In this document: piece by piece, positions 8,825 through 18,495 of the stretch
Position numbering within the stretch: position 1 is the first letter of the stretch
Layout: every line of letters starts with the position of its first letter
Origin: a virus
Taxonomy: Duplodnaviria > Caudoviricetes
Direction: 5' to 3' (one strand)
IMG/VR virus record: IMGVR_UViG_3300031823_000002
Span: 57,080 to 121,079 of that record
DNA: 64,000 nucleotides
Translations under genes and position numbers: made by a program
Notes under the pieces: generated by a model
What the model saw: only the letters and a program-made list of their open reading frames with translations
What the model was told of the DNA's origin: nothing
The model's database searches: none

Positions 8825-10978
8825 ATGTACTCCAACAGAACCATCGTCGATAACTTGGAGCAGTTCGAAGCGCAGGAACGGTGGATGCCTATCTACCACA
8901 CCTACGACGAAGTGCGCGAGTTCATCGCCTACATCGACTCGCTGACCAAGATCGAGTCGAACTCCAAGACCAGCTATATCTCCGTGGTGAAGCCGATCAG
9001 CAGCCAGCGCCAGAAGGACATCGCCCGCTGGGTGGAAAACGAGCAGGTGTTATGCGGCTTCGACAGCAGCTACTGGGAGCAGAACTACGCGTGGGTCTGC
9101 GACGAAAAAGGGCAGATTTTTAAATTTCATAATCGCAAATCGCAGGATGTGTTCGACGCTGTCATCGCCGACTTCGATGAGCGGCAAGTCTCCATCGAAT
9201 TACTGATCCTGAAGGCGCGGCAGGTGGGCATCTCCACCAAGACGGCGCTGAAATTTATTCACCGGCTGATGTTCATTCCGCACACGCAGGCGGTGATGGC
9301 GTCGGTGATGAAGGAAAAGTCGGAACTGATCGGGCGCATCCTCGATACCGCATACAATCGTTCGCCATGGTGGCTGGTGCCGCGCCGCATGCCGAAGCGG
9401 TCGTTCGACAACGGCTCCATCCTTTCCATTCAATCCGGCATGCAGGCCACGGGACTGGCGCAAGGCTGGACTCCCACCTGCGTCCATGTTTCCGAGCTTG
9501 CCGACGTTCCGAATCCTAAGGTCACCATCGAGGAAGGATTGTTCCGCGCCGCGCACTCATCCAGAAACCTGTTCATGGTTCTCGAAGGAACGGGTGGCGG
9601 CAACACCGGATGGCTGGCGGAGACATGGAGAGCGGCGAAAGCGGATTGGCCCAAGGGGCTGGCTCGTCTGTTTCCCATGTTCATCCCTTGGCCTATGTGC
9701 CCGGACATCTATCCGGAGCCGGACTGGCTCAGAAAATTCCCCGTGCCCGCCGAGTTCGAGAGCCGCCAGATGCATGACATCACCCGGAAGCACGTAATCA
9801 AGTGCGAGTCGTACATCCGTAACACGCCCTACCTCGCCAAAATCGCTGGCACTGGCTGGCGCATGCCGGTCGAGCAGAAGTGGTTCTGGCAGTTCTATTA
9901 CGACGCGGCCTGCAAGAACCACACGCAGAAGACGTGGTCTGCGCAGATGCCCGCCGACGATTATGAGGCGCTGACCGGCGTGCATGACACTGTCTTCGAT
10001 CCCGAAGTGCTGGCCGAGGTAGAAGACCGCATCTACGAAGTCGAATCCGACGACTACAAGCGCAAGCGCAAACAGCCGGTCGAGATATACGCCATCACCG
10101 GCCACGATGTGGACGAGGTCTTCTACCCGCCAGAAGAGCGCATTGACTGGGAAAAAGAAGTGGTACGCGTCGAGTGGGACTCGTATCGCGGCCACCACTA
10201 CGAGTGGGACATGATTCCGCTGCTCACGCTGGACGAAGACAACGAGCGGAACACTCTGGACTACCTGCTGATCTATGAGTGGCCCAAGAGGGGACAGCGC
10301 TACTCCTGCGGGATCGACACGGCAGACGGGCTGGGCAAAGAAGACGAAGAGCGCACCTGCCTGTCGGTGGCCAAAAACCGCTTTGGGGGAGACTGCGACC
10401 AGCAAGTCGCTGAGCTTACGTCGAATCGTATTAACTCCGCGCAGGTCGTCGCCTTTGCCGCCTGCGTAGGAGCGCTGTACGGGCCAGCCTGCCCGGATGC
10501 GAGGGGTATGAAGTACTGCATCGAGCAGATTCAGGGGCCGGGAGACACCTGCCAACACCAGTTGAAGATGATGGGCTTCTTCAACCACCATATCCCACGC
10601 CGCTACGACTCGAAAAAGATCAGAGACGAGTCATCGAGAAAAGAAGGCTTCTATGCCAGCACGTGGTCCATCCCCCTGCTCATGACGCGATTCGTCGAGG
10701 CAGTGAATGGCGGCTGGTACGAGCCACGGTCGAAGTGGCTCATCGAGGAATTGCGCACGCTGGAGCGCCACGTCACTACCAACAAATCAAAAATGGAGCA
10801 CCAGACCGGCAAGTTTGATGATCGCGTGCGCGGCGCGGCGATGTCGTACTTCACCGCGCACGACATGGACGTGCTGACGGATCGGGCACAGAAACGCTAC
10901 GCGCTGCCGGTGAACAAGCGGCCCGTGGCCTACAAAGCGGCGTGTAGCGCCAGTCGGGCATCCGTGGGGAATTGGTGA
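8825..10978 (+). CDS. terL: terminase large subunit
   Basis: Walker A LILKARQVGISTK, Walker B VHVSE, coupling motif LEGT, nuclease GIDTADG and DDRV. Confidence 0.93.
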   Translation: MYSNRTIVDNLEQFEAQERWMPIYHTYDEVREFIAYIDSLTKIESNSKTSYISVVKPISSQRQKDIARWVENEQVLCGFDSSYWEQNYAWVCDEKGQIFKFHNRKSQDVFDAVIADFDERQVSIELLILKARQVGISTKTALKFIHRLMFIPHTQAVMASVMKEKSELIGRILDTAYNRSPWWLVPRRMPKRSFDNGSILSIQSGMQATGLAQGWTPTCVHVSELADVPNPKVTIEEGLFRAAHSSRNLFMVLEGTGGGNTGWLAETWRAAKADWPKGLARLFPMFIPWPMCPDIYPEPDWLRKFPVPAEFESRQMHDITRKHVIKCESYIRNTPYLAKIAGTGWRMPVEQKWFWQFYYDAACKNHTQKTWSAQMPADDYEALTGVHDTVFDPEVLAEVEDRIYEVESDDYKRKRKQPVEIYAITGHDVDEVFYPPEERIDWEKEVVRVEWDSYRGHHYEWDMIPLLTLDEDNERNTLDYLLIYEWPKRGQRYSCGIDTADGLGKEDEERTCLSVAKNRFGGDCDQQVAELTSNRINSAQVVAFAACVGALYGPACPDARGMKYCIEQIQGPGDTCQHQLKMMGFFNHHIPRRYDSKKIRDESSRKEGFYASTWSIPLLMTRFVEAVNGGWYEPRSKWLIEELRTLERHVTTNKSKMEHQTGKFDDRVRGAAMSYFTAHDMDVLTDRAQKRYALPVNKRPVAYKAACSASRASVGNW

Positions 10979-11367
10979 TGAAAAATACGCAGCTAAGAAA
11001 TAAGGTCGTGTACTGGGTGGACCGGAACCAGCAGCTTTACATGGGCCTGCCGGAACAGTTTCCCGCGCCGTTCGGGATGGAAAGAATCATCTGCGTCACT
11101 GCCCAGCAGGCCGAGTACTGGTCGAAGCGTATGCGCGAGCAGGAGCGGGTCAGAGAAGAGGCGAAGGACGAGGAGCGCGAGAAGGTCGAGGGGCCGATCC
11201 GCAAAAACCTGCGCAGCCACATCCTGCATCTGGCCGGGAATGCCCGCAACAACATGAACCGCGATTTTCTTCTGATGCACCTTCGCCAGTACGACCAGCG
11301 TGCGGACCTCACGAAGACAAGGCGGACCAGCTATCTGCACAGCGAAGCGTTTGAGCAAGGGCGTTAA
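10972..11367 (+). CDS. hypothetical protein
   Basis: ORF between terL and portal. Confidence 0.7.
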   Translation: MVMKNTQLRNKVVYWVDRNQQLYMGLPEQFPAPFGMERIICVTAQQAEYWSKRMREQERVREEAKDEEREKVEGPIRKNLRSHILHLAGNARNNMNRDFLLMHLRQYDQRADLTKTRRTSYLHSEAFEQGR

Positions 11368-11369
11368 TT

Positions 11370-13469
11370 ATGCCGGTCATTCTCGAAAGCACGGGATACG
11401 TAAATTCGGCCAGTGATCGGACGTACTGGGCTGCGCCGAAATTCGAATCGCATCCCAGCGCTATCTTCGGTTGGGTCGAGGAGCAGATTCAGGAAGGCGA
11501 AGGCTTTTTGGAGGGCCAGCAATGCTATCGGGAATGGGCCTCCAACCTGCGCGTGTTTAATGCGATCTTCCGCGATACCACCAAATCGAAGCTGGTCACC
11601 AACGAGCTTAAGTACGACATCCGCAAGTTCTGCGAGACGCTGGCGCAGGTAAGAGAGATCGCCGGGTATGCCTCCGACTTCCCCGGATTTAAAAAGATGG
11701 CCGACATGCTGACGAGAGTCTCCAAGGCCGTCTATCACGAATCCGATTTCCCTTTTCAAATCCTCAAGGCTCTCCAGTACGCCAGCGTGATGGGTATCGG
11801 CTACCTGTGGCCCAAGGTGCGAGCCGACGAGTACGGCTATGGCGAAAGGAAGATGGAGTTCGACGCGCTGGGATTGCTGGATGTGGTTCCGGTGCAGATA
11901 CCGCCACGCACCAATAACGTACAGGACGCATACGCGATCACCCTGTACGACTACATGCCCATCGCGGAGGCGTGTACAAGATTCCCACTGTTTCAGGGTG
12001 ATATTCAAACGGTCGGCCCGCGTAACTTCAGTACACGCTTGCAGGCCCGCCGCCTCGACTTTGCGGAGCGCACCCGCTACGGTCAGCAGGGCAGGAGCTT
12101 CGGTGATCTGTACGCGGAAATCCGTTGGACGTTCATTCGTGACACCCGCATCAACACCACCGGCTACGAGCTTCCCATGGGGGATTTGGGAACGACGTGG
12201 TTCTACAAGGTGCCCTTTGTCGGCCAGCAGATTCTCGGCGGCGTCTTCAACGGACAGCCCTACATGCGCTCCGCCACTCCGGAAGACTGCCGCGTCTATC
12301 CCAACCTGCGGCTGATCATCACTTCGTCCGGCATGAACAAGCCGATGTACGACGGCCCCGGATTCGACTGGGATTCGAAGATGCCGGTCATTCAGTACAC
12401 CGTGGACGACTGGGCATGGGAGCCGCTGGGCCGCTCGCTGGTGGGTGATGTTTCCACGATTGAAGTCACTACGCGCAAGATCGAGCGCAAGATGGACGCG
12501 GTCATCACCGTCACGCTCAATCCGCCGCTGGGCTACAACAATACGGAAACCGGTGGCCCGAAGATCGAGCACTTCGACATCTTTGAAGAGGATGTTCGTC
12601 TGGGCGTGGATGGCAAGCCGCGTGAGACGTTGCAGTCGGTGCTACCCGACAGCGTGCGCGTCGAGGGCGAACATTTTAATTTCCTGAAGTACCTGAAGGA
12701 AGCCAAGCAGAGCCAGCTTGGCCTGACCGATCTCGGCAACCTTCAGAATATGAAGATGAATCTCGCCAACGACACCGCAGATAAGATGCTGGAGTCGATT
12801 GGACCCATTGCCAAAGGCATCGCGGCCCGCATCGAGCGCGGCAACAAGGCGGTTGGCCAGCGGATGAAATTCCTGATCCTTCAGTGGTTCGACGTACGCA
12901 GGATCATGGAGTACGTAGGTCCGGAGAACGTGGCTCCGGAAACCTTCGATTACAACCCGGACGATCTTGTTCCCAGCCACATGCCCAACGAGATGGTCTA
13001 CGGGAATTATCCGGAGGGCGCGTCGCAGTATTCGCAGCTTGATCGAGCGCGGTGGTTCGCCCGGAATATCCGGCTCATCTCCGCACCCAGCACATTGCTG
13101 AAGATTACCCAGATGCAGCGTCAGTTGATGATGCTGCAACTGAAGCGCGGTGGTGCGCCGCTCTCATGGCTCACAGTGTTCCAGAATATGGACATCGCGA
13201 ATCCGGAACGGGAGATCGAGAACAGCTTCAAGGAAGATGCCAAGCTGCAAGAGATGAAGATCATGGAGCAAATTTCCATCATGGCGAAGCTGAAAGCCAT
13301 GGGTATTGACCCGCAGGCACTGGGCGGCGGCGAAGGCGGTGGTGGCGGTGGAGCAGCCAAGGGACAAGGCAAGGGCGGCGGGAGACCATCGAGTGCGCAG
13401 AGAGCGCCGCGACTGGGAACCAAAGGTGCTGCCGGTGGTCAGCCACGCACCGTAGTGAAAGAGTCGTAA
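11370..13469 (+). CDS. portal protein (putative)
   Basis: 699 aa, follows terL and precedes scaffold/capsid; A..MGIGY motif; Q/M-rich helical C-terminus as in podovirus portals. Confidence 0.75.
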   Translation: MPVILESTGYVNSASDRTYWAAPKFESHPSAIFGWVEEQIQEGEGFLEGQQCYREWASNLRVFNAIFRDTTKSKLVTNELKYDIRKFCETLAQVREIAGYASDFPGFKKMADMLTRVSKAVYHESDFPFQILKALQYASVMGIGYLWPKVRADEYGYGERKMEFDALGLLDVVPVQIPPRTNNVQDAYAITLYDYMPIAEACTRFPLFQGDIQTVGPRNFSTRLQARRLDFAERTRYGQQGRSFGDLYAEIRWTFIRDTRINTTGYELPMGDLGTTWFYKVPFVGQQILGGVFNGQPYMRSATPEDCRVYPNLRLIITSSGMNKPMYDGPGFDWDSKMPVIQYTVDDWAWEPLGRSLVGDVSTIEVTTRKIERKMDAVITVTLNPPLGYNNTETGGPKIEHFDIFEEDVRLGVDGKPRETLQSVLPDSVRVEGEHFNFLKYLKEAKQSQLGLTDLGNLQNMKMNLANDTADKMLESIGPIAKGIAARIERGNKAVGQRMKFLILQWFDVRRIMEYVGPENVAPETFDYNPDDLVPSHMPNEMVYGNYPEGASQYSQLDRARWFARNIRLISAPSTLLKITQMQRQLMMLQLKRGGAPLSWLTVFQNMDIANPEREIENSFKEDAKLQEMKIMEQISIMAKLKAMGIDPQALGGGEGGGGGGAAKGQGKGGGRPSSAQRAPRLGTKGAAGGQPRTVVKES

Positions 13470-13487
13470 GATTAAACTTCCGGGAGA

Positions 13488-13772
13488 ATGGTCATGGCAA
13501 TAAAGCTCCAGACGCAGAACGATTACCTGCTTACCGAAGTAGTTATCGATATACCTCCTGACCGAACGGAGCAAAATAAGCTGCTGAGCGAGATTGATGC
13601 CCTGATGAGGGCGTCGCGTGGCACAGGTAAAGTGGTTGCACAGTACTCCAGCGGCGGATTAAACGGAATTAACGTGGAGCAGCGATCAAAAATTCGCGGC
13701 GCAGTCGCAGATAGAGTGCGCGACCTCGTTGGTATCGAGAGCGTAGAAATTAATAATGGCTACCATAAGTAA
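13488..13772 (+). CDS. hypothetical protein
   Basis: GGGAG SD, 94 aa. Confidence 0.65.
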   Translation: MVMAIKLQTQNDYLLTEVVIDIPPDRTEQNKLLSEIDALMRASRGTGKVVAQYSSGGLNGINVEQRSKIRGAVADRVRDLVGIESVEINNGYHK

Positions 13773-13776
13773 GATG

Positions 13777-13807
13777 CTGCGCCTAACTGCGCCTAATCTG
13801 CGCCTAT
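13777..13807. repeat. three tandem CTGCGCCTAW repeats (putative operator)
   Basis: 13777-13786, 13787-13796, 13798-13807; inverse copies at 6550-6570. Confidence 0.7.
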
Positions 13808-13862
13808 CTTCCATACCTTTGAGTTAAGCTCGCAAGTATTGCAGATTCTGCAAAATAAAATC

Positions 13863-13980
13863 TTGACGACAGGGAATAGTTAGGCTTAGGTTTTTATGAA
13901 GATAAGTTGAGACGCAGACTCCTCAGTAGGTACTGGGATAGGTCATGGCTCTGGCGGAAACGCTAGGGCCATTTTCATTT
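13863..13980 (+). promoter_or_regulatory. sigma70-like promoter + leader motif + terminator-like hairpin upstream of head genes
   Basis: TTGACG-N18-TAGGTT; GAGACGCAGA (13909); ATGGCTCTGGCG-gaaa-CGCTAGGGCCAT then TTTCATTT. Confidence 0.6.
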
Positions 13981-14011
13981 GACCTAGCCCCAACCGAAAA
14001 AGGAGACTACC

Positions 14012-14116
14012 ATGGCCGGTCGTCGTCGTCACACCGCTGCTGTAACCCACATCAGGAAAGTCACCCGCAAGCGCCGCACCCGTCGTAGCGGCAAGCGGTC
14101 AGCCATCAAGGCGTAG
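14012..14116 (+). CDS. 34-aa Arg-rich protamine-like peptide (absent from ORF track)
   Basis: AAGGAG SD; MAGRRRHTAAVTHIRKVTRKRRTRRSGKRSAIKA. Confidence 0.7.
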   Translation: MAGRRRHTAAVTHIRKVTRKRRTRRSGKRSAIKA

Positions 14117-14143
14117 TTGTAGCCCACCGTTCGAGGTCAATCG

Positions 14144-14464
14144 ATGGCTACAGCACCGCCAATGCCGGATCAAGGAGCGCAGGGAGCGCCGCCACCCCCG
14201 CAGGGTGGTGGTGCCCCTCCTCCTCCTCCCGACCAGAATGGGCAACAGCCCGGTCAGGGAGATCAGCCGCAGTCTTCGTTTCAAGCTCCCGCAAATCCTA
14301 TCCAGATACTCCTCGCGAAGTGGTCCAAGGTGGCCGAGCAAATGGCCGGTGCCGATCCTCGTCTCGCGGCGGGTGCGCAGAAGGTGCGCGAGGGCATTCG
14401 GGACATGCAGCAGGCCATGATCACGCCACAGCAACCGACGCCACTGGGGCAGCAGCCTCAGTGA
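14144..14464 (+). CDS. Pro/Gln-rich head-region protein
   Basis: GAGG SD; low-complexity P/Q protein typical before scaffold genes. Confidence 0.7.
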   Translation: MATAPPMPDQGAQGAPPPPQGGGAPPPPPDQNGQQPGQGDQPQSSFQAPANPIQILLAKWSKVAEQMAGADPRLAAGAQKVREGIRDMQQAMITPQQPTPLGQQPQ

Positions 14465-14502
14465 TCAACCAACCACCTGTTTATTTCCGGGAGAAATAAC
14501 AT

Positions 14503-15483
14503 ATGCCAACCGTTGAAGAGGTTTTGAGACAAAGCGGATTCACCAATGAGCAGATTGCGGCGCTCGATCAGCGGGCAGTCACCGCCTTCTCCGGGGTTCT
14601 CACTGAAGCCACTAAGGCGCAGAGCGCAGCGGAGCAGCAGCGGGCGGAAGCCAAGGCCGCGCAGGACGCAGCCGAACTGGCACAGCGTAGCAATATCGAT
14701 TTTTATGAGAATCGCATCGCGCCTTCGTTGACCGCATGGGAAGAAGAAAAGCAGCGGCTCGAAAACGACCGCGCCAAGGCGAACGCGGAAGCAGCCTTCT
14801 ATCGCGTGCAGGCCGAAGAGGCCAAGAAGACCGGCTTTATCCCTGCCGAAGCTCCCGGATTCGATCCCGCCAAGTTCGCTCCTCCTGCAAATGGCAATGG
14901 TCAGGTCCGCGACCCGAATAACGGTCGCTACGTGGCTGGCGTACCCGGTGCGACCCCCGGTTCCCCAACTTTCAATGTGAATGAGTTTGCTGCCAAAGCA
15001 GGTGATGCCATGGGCATCATCGCGGATATCAACTGGAACTACCAAACATTGTTCGGCAAGCCGCTCCCCGTTTCCCCAACGGAATTAATTAGAAAGGCCG
15101 ATGAACAAAAGCTCGATCCGATGACGTACGCGTCCCGGATATTTAATTTCGACGCCCGCCGACAGGAGCTTCAGAAGCAGGAACAGGAAGCCCGCGATCA
15201 GAAGCTTCGCGAGGAAGCAATAGCTCCGTACGAGCAAAAGCTCAAAGAGAAGGACGAGGAGTCCAAGAAGGCTTTGGCTAACAAGGATCGCGAGTGGGCG
15301 GAGCGCACCGGCAACAACCCCGATATCCGCAGGCCGCAGGACAACGCCCAGATGTCATCCATTGCCAAGGCGGCGAAAACCGACCCCGCGAATTTCGATC
15401 CCTTGTTATTGAACGATCAGCAGCGCAGGTCGCTGACCGCGCAGATGATCCGCAAGGACATGGAAGCCAATACAGCCGCGTGA
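14503..15483 (+). CDS. capsid scaffolding protein (putative)
   Basis: charged coiled-coil protein directly upstream of the capsid gene. Confidence 0.6.
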   Translation: MPTVEEVLRQSGFTNEQIAALDQRAVTAFSGVLTEATKAQSAAEQQRAEAKAAQDAAELAQRSNIDFYENRIAPSLTAWEEEKQRLENDRAKANAEAAFYRVQAEEAKKTGFIPAEAPGFDPAKFAPPANGNGQVRDPNNGRYVAGVPGATPGSPTFNVNEFAAKAGDAMGIIADINWNYQTLFGKPLPVSPTELIRKADEQKLDPMTYASRIFNFDARRQELQKQEQEARDQKLREEAIAPYEQKLKEKDEESKKALANKDREWAERTGNNPDIRRPQDNAQMSSIAKAAKTDPANFDPLLLNDQQRRSLTAQMIRKDMEANTAA

Positions 15484-15532
15484 CCTGCGGCGGACGAAGT
15501 TTTGAAGTTACCGACGATAGGAGATATCAGCC

Positions 15533-16774
15533 ATGCCGACCGATCCGCTTTACAACGAGATAGACGCCAGTAACTTAGAGTCTGTCCGGCGCAATGTGGT
15601 ATTCAACAACCTATTCGTCGGCACCCCTTTTCAGGCGAAGCTGCGACGCGCTGGCGTATGGGACGAGTTCCTTGGCGGCGCGGGCATGATGGAAGGCATC
15701 CTGTACGGTCGCACCCAAGGCGCGGCTGTCAATCCCGGCCAGACCATCACGGTCACCCGTCAGCAGATCAACACCGGAATTAAATTCCTGCCGAAGGCGT
15801 ATGCCACGTGGTATCCGCTCGACGACTGGGAGATGGATGACGGCTCGGGCACGGGCGGAGTGATCAACTCCGGCCCATCGTTGATCGTTGACTCGTACCA
15901 GCTATACATGGAGAACCTTGTCCTGACCATGAACACCATGCAGGAGATGGACTCCTTCCGGCACGGTCAGGCGTCATCGGCATTCATCACCGATAACCGG
16001 ACCAAGACTATCAACGGTCTGGACGAGGCGCTGAACAACGGGATCGATCCGTCGGTCTACGGCAACGTCTACAAGTCCTACGGCGGACAGCAGCGCAACG
16101 GCAACGTCGGCGTCGCGCTGAACTCGACACCCATCTACTGCGGCACTCCAACCGGAGGCACCGGCCAGATCGACTTTGCGGTGCTGATGCAACTGTGGTC
16201 GCAGTGCAAGGTGACGGGCGGCTCTCCCTCTCTGGGTATCACCAACGTGTTCGGCTTTAAGGCGGTCGCTATCGCACTCGATGCGCAGCGCCGCGATATT
16301 TCGAACACGCGTCACGATATCAAGTGGGATGGGCTGAACTTTAACGGTGTGGATATCTACGCCGATCCTCTGGCTCCTTCGGCGCAGGCACAGAACTACA
16401 TCGCGCTTGGGTCGGCGGTCGGAGGTGGACAGGGTAACGCCAGTCTGGTGGATGGTGTTGGATCGAGCACCACGACCGTCGCTTTCACTACGCCGCAGTT
16501 CGTCAACCCGACGACTGGCGCACCGATGCCGGTATCGCCGACAGGATCGGGATTGCCGTCCAACCAAGCCATTTCACCGGGTGAGGTTCTCTACTTCTTA
16601 GAGCCGGAGTCATTCAAGATCAGGCCGACTAATAAGAAGGGCTGGAACTTCGGACTGCGCCGTGCGCCGATGCCGAACAACGTAAGCATCGATGCCTTGT
16701 TTATGAGGCTGGGTATCAACCTCTACAACACGCAGCCGCGCCACAATTGCTACGCATTCAGCTTCTCCGCATAA
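15533..16774 (+). CDS. major capsid protein (putative)
   Basis: 413 aa, AGGAG SD; INGLDEAL...YGG, LNFNGVDIYAD and C-terminal NTQPRHN patterns typical of HK97-fold capsids; synteny. Confidence 0.8.
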   Translation: MPTDPLYNEIDASNLESVRRNVVFNNLFVGTPFQAKLRRAGVWDEFLGGAGMMEGILYGRTQGAAVNPGQTITVTRQQINTGIKFLPKAYATWYPLDDWEMDDGSGTGGVINSGPSLIVDSYQLYMENLVLTMNTMQEMDSFRHGQASSAFITDNRTKTINGLDEALNNGIDPSVYGNVYKSYGGQQRNGNVGVALNSTPIYCGTPTGGTGQIDFAVLMQLWSQCKVTGGSPSLGITNVFGFKAVAIALDAQRRDISNTRHDIKWDGLNFNGVDIYADPLAPSAQAQNYIALGSAVGGGQGNASLVDGVGSSTTTVAFTTPQFVNPTTGAPMPVSPTGSGLPSNQAISPGEVLYFLEPESFKIRPTNKKGWNFGLRRAPMPNNVSIDALFMRLGINLYNTQPRHNCYAFSFSA

Positions 16775-16804
16775 CGCAAGTAAGAGGGTTCTTAGAAGGA
16801 AACG

Positions 16805-17644
16805 ATGCCGCAGCAGCAGATCATCCCGACATGGTTGGCATGGAACAACGCTAACTTTGCCACCGAGTCCGGCATTCAGGACTTTCGTACAGGGCAGAAC
16901 TTCCCTGCCGGTGGACTAGGTCTGGGTGACTACTTCGATGCGACGGAAAAGGAAGCCAACACCGCATCCTTCCTTCAGAATGGCCTACTTCACGCGGGTC
17001 GATACCGTCTCGTTCAGGTGGATTCCGGTGCCACGGTTGCCAATGTAAAGACCGGTACGGTCGGTTTTATACGTCCCGGTTCTTTTTTGCAGGCGATAGC
17101 GATTGCCGTTCCCGGCACGGGCGGGACTCCCGGTACTTACAACATCCTAGCGACACCGGGCAGCGGCGCAGGCGTGGGCGCGGCGATTCAAGTGGTCGTC
17201 GGGCCGACAGGCGGCATTCAGTCAGCAAGCGTACTTAAGGGCGGATTTAATTATGTATACGCCGCTCCTCAATTTGACCTGACGATCACTGGTGTCACGG
17301 GTGCGGTCTTGTTATCGCGCCTGAATTCTTCGCCCAATATCGTGACCAGTTCAGAAGCGGGACTTGAGCCACGTCCGGTCGTGTTTCTGAATGCAATCAC
17401 GCCGGGGAGCTTCGGCTTCGTACAGGAACTAGGTCTGGCCACTGTGTTGTGCGGCCCGACTGCTGGCTCTGGTGGTAATGGTCAGGGCGACTGGGTGAAC
17501 GTCACCCTCGCCAGCGGAACTGTAACGGCCACTGCCCTGACCGGGTCGCCGACTGGGCTGACTGTCGGGAAAGCGTTGGAGCCGGTTTGGGCCAACACGA
17601 TGTTGAAAATCTATTTGACCAATGTTCCGGTGGTTCAGGACTAA
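16805..17644 (+). CDS. capsid decoration-like protein, paralogue 1
   Basis: MPQQQIIPTWLAWNNA N-terminus; follows capsid gene. Confidence 0.6.
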   Translation: MPQQQIIPTWLAWNNANFATESGIQDFRTGQNFPAGGLGLGDYFDATEKEANTASFLQNGLLHAGRYRLVQVDSGATVANVKTGTVGFIRPGSFLQAIAIAVPGTGGTPGTYNILATPGSGAGVGAAIQVVVGPTGGIQSASVLKGGFNYVYAAPQFDLTITGVTGAVLLSRLNSSPNIVTSSEAGLEPRPVVFLNAITPGSFGFVQELGLATVLCGPTAGSGGNGQGDWVNVTLASGTVTATALTGSPTGLTVGKALEPVWANTMLKIYLTNVPVVQD

Positions 17645-17654
17645 GGAGCAAGTT

Positions 17655-18482
17655 ATGCCACAGCAACAAATCATCCCGACTTGGTTAGCTTGGAATAATG
17701 CCAACTTCGCGACTGAGTCTGGCCTTCAGGATTTAAGAACTGGGGCGAACTTCCCCGCTGGCGGCTTAGGTCTGGGCGATTACTTTGACGCGACGGAGAA
17801 GGAAGCGAACGCTGCATCCTTTGCCGCAAACGGCTTACTCCATGCGGGCCGGTATCGTCTCGTGCAGGTTGATTCGGGAGCGACAGTCGCCAACGTCAAG
17901 ACTGGCACGGTCGGCTACGCACGTGTTGGCTCGTTCGTTCAGAGCGTACTTGTCTCTGTTCCCGGCACAGGCGGAACCCCCGGCACGTATAACATCCCGG
18001 CTACACCGGGAAGTGGTGGCGGCAGCGGCGCGGTACTCACGGTCGTCGTCGGATCGACCGGCGCGATCCAGTCTGCCAGCGTGGCTCAGGGTGGATTTAA
18101 TTATGTCTCTCTGCCTACTTTCCCGCTGACTCTCACAGGTGTGACCGGCGCTACGCTGTCAGCGCAATTAAATTCTTCAGGCAATATCGTAACCAGCCAA
18201 GACAAGGGTGTCCCAGCGCGTCCCGTGGTCTTCCTGAATGCGATCACGCCGGGAAATTTTGGATTCGTGCAGGAGTTGGGTCTGGCCAATGTGCTGGCTG
18301 GCGCGGCTGCTGGCAGCGCCGGTGTCGGTGACTGGGTGAATGTCGGCGCAGGCGGAACGGTAACGACCACTGCGGCGACTGGGTCGGCGATTGGAAGCAC
18401 TATCGGGAGCGCGGTCGATGTGGCGGTTGCGAACTCGACGTTCAAAGCCTACCTGTCTGAGGTTCCGGTAGTTCAAGACTAG
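17655..18482 (+). CDS. capsid decoration-like protein, paralogue 2
   Basis: AAGGAG SD before ATG 17655; colinear with paralogue 1. Confidence 0.6.
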   Translation: MPQQQIIPTWLAWNNANFATESGLQDLRTGANFPAGGLGLGDYFDATEKEANAASFAANGLLHAGRYRLVQVDSGATVANVKTGTVGYARVGSFVQSVLVSVPGTGGTPGTYNIPATPGSGGGSGAVLTVVVGSTGAIQSASVAQGGFNYVSLPTFPLTLTGVTGATLSAQLNSSGNIVTSQDKGVPARPVVFLNAITPGNFGFVQELGLANVLAGAAAGSAGVGDWVNVGAGGTVTTTAATGSAIGSTIGSAVDVAVANSTFKAYLSEVPVVQD

Positions 18483-18495
18483 GGAGCGAGTAAAG

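Noticed and set aside
9557-12572. Long minus-strand ORFs (344 aa, 402 aa) opposite terL and portal
   Set aside because: These are antisense shadows expected in GC-rich coding DNA, with no motifs.
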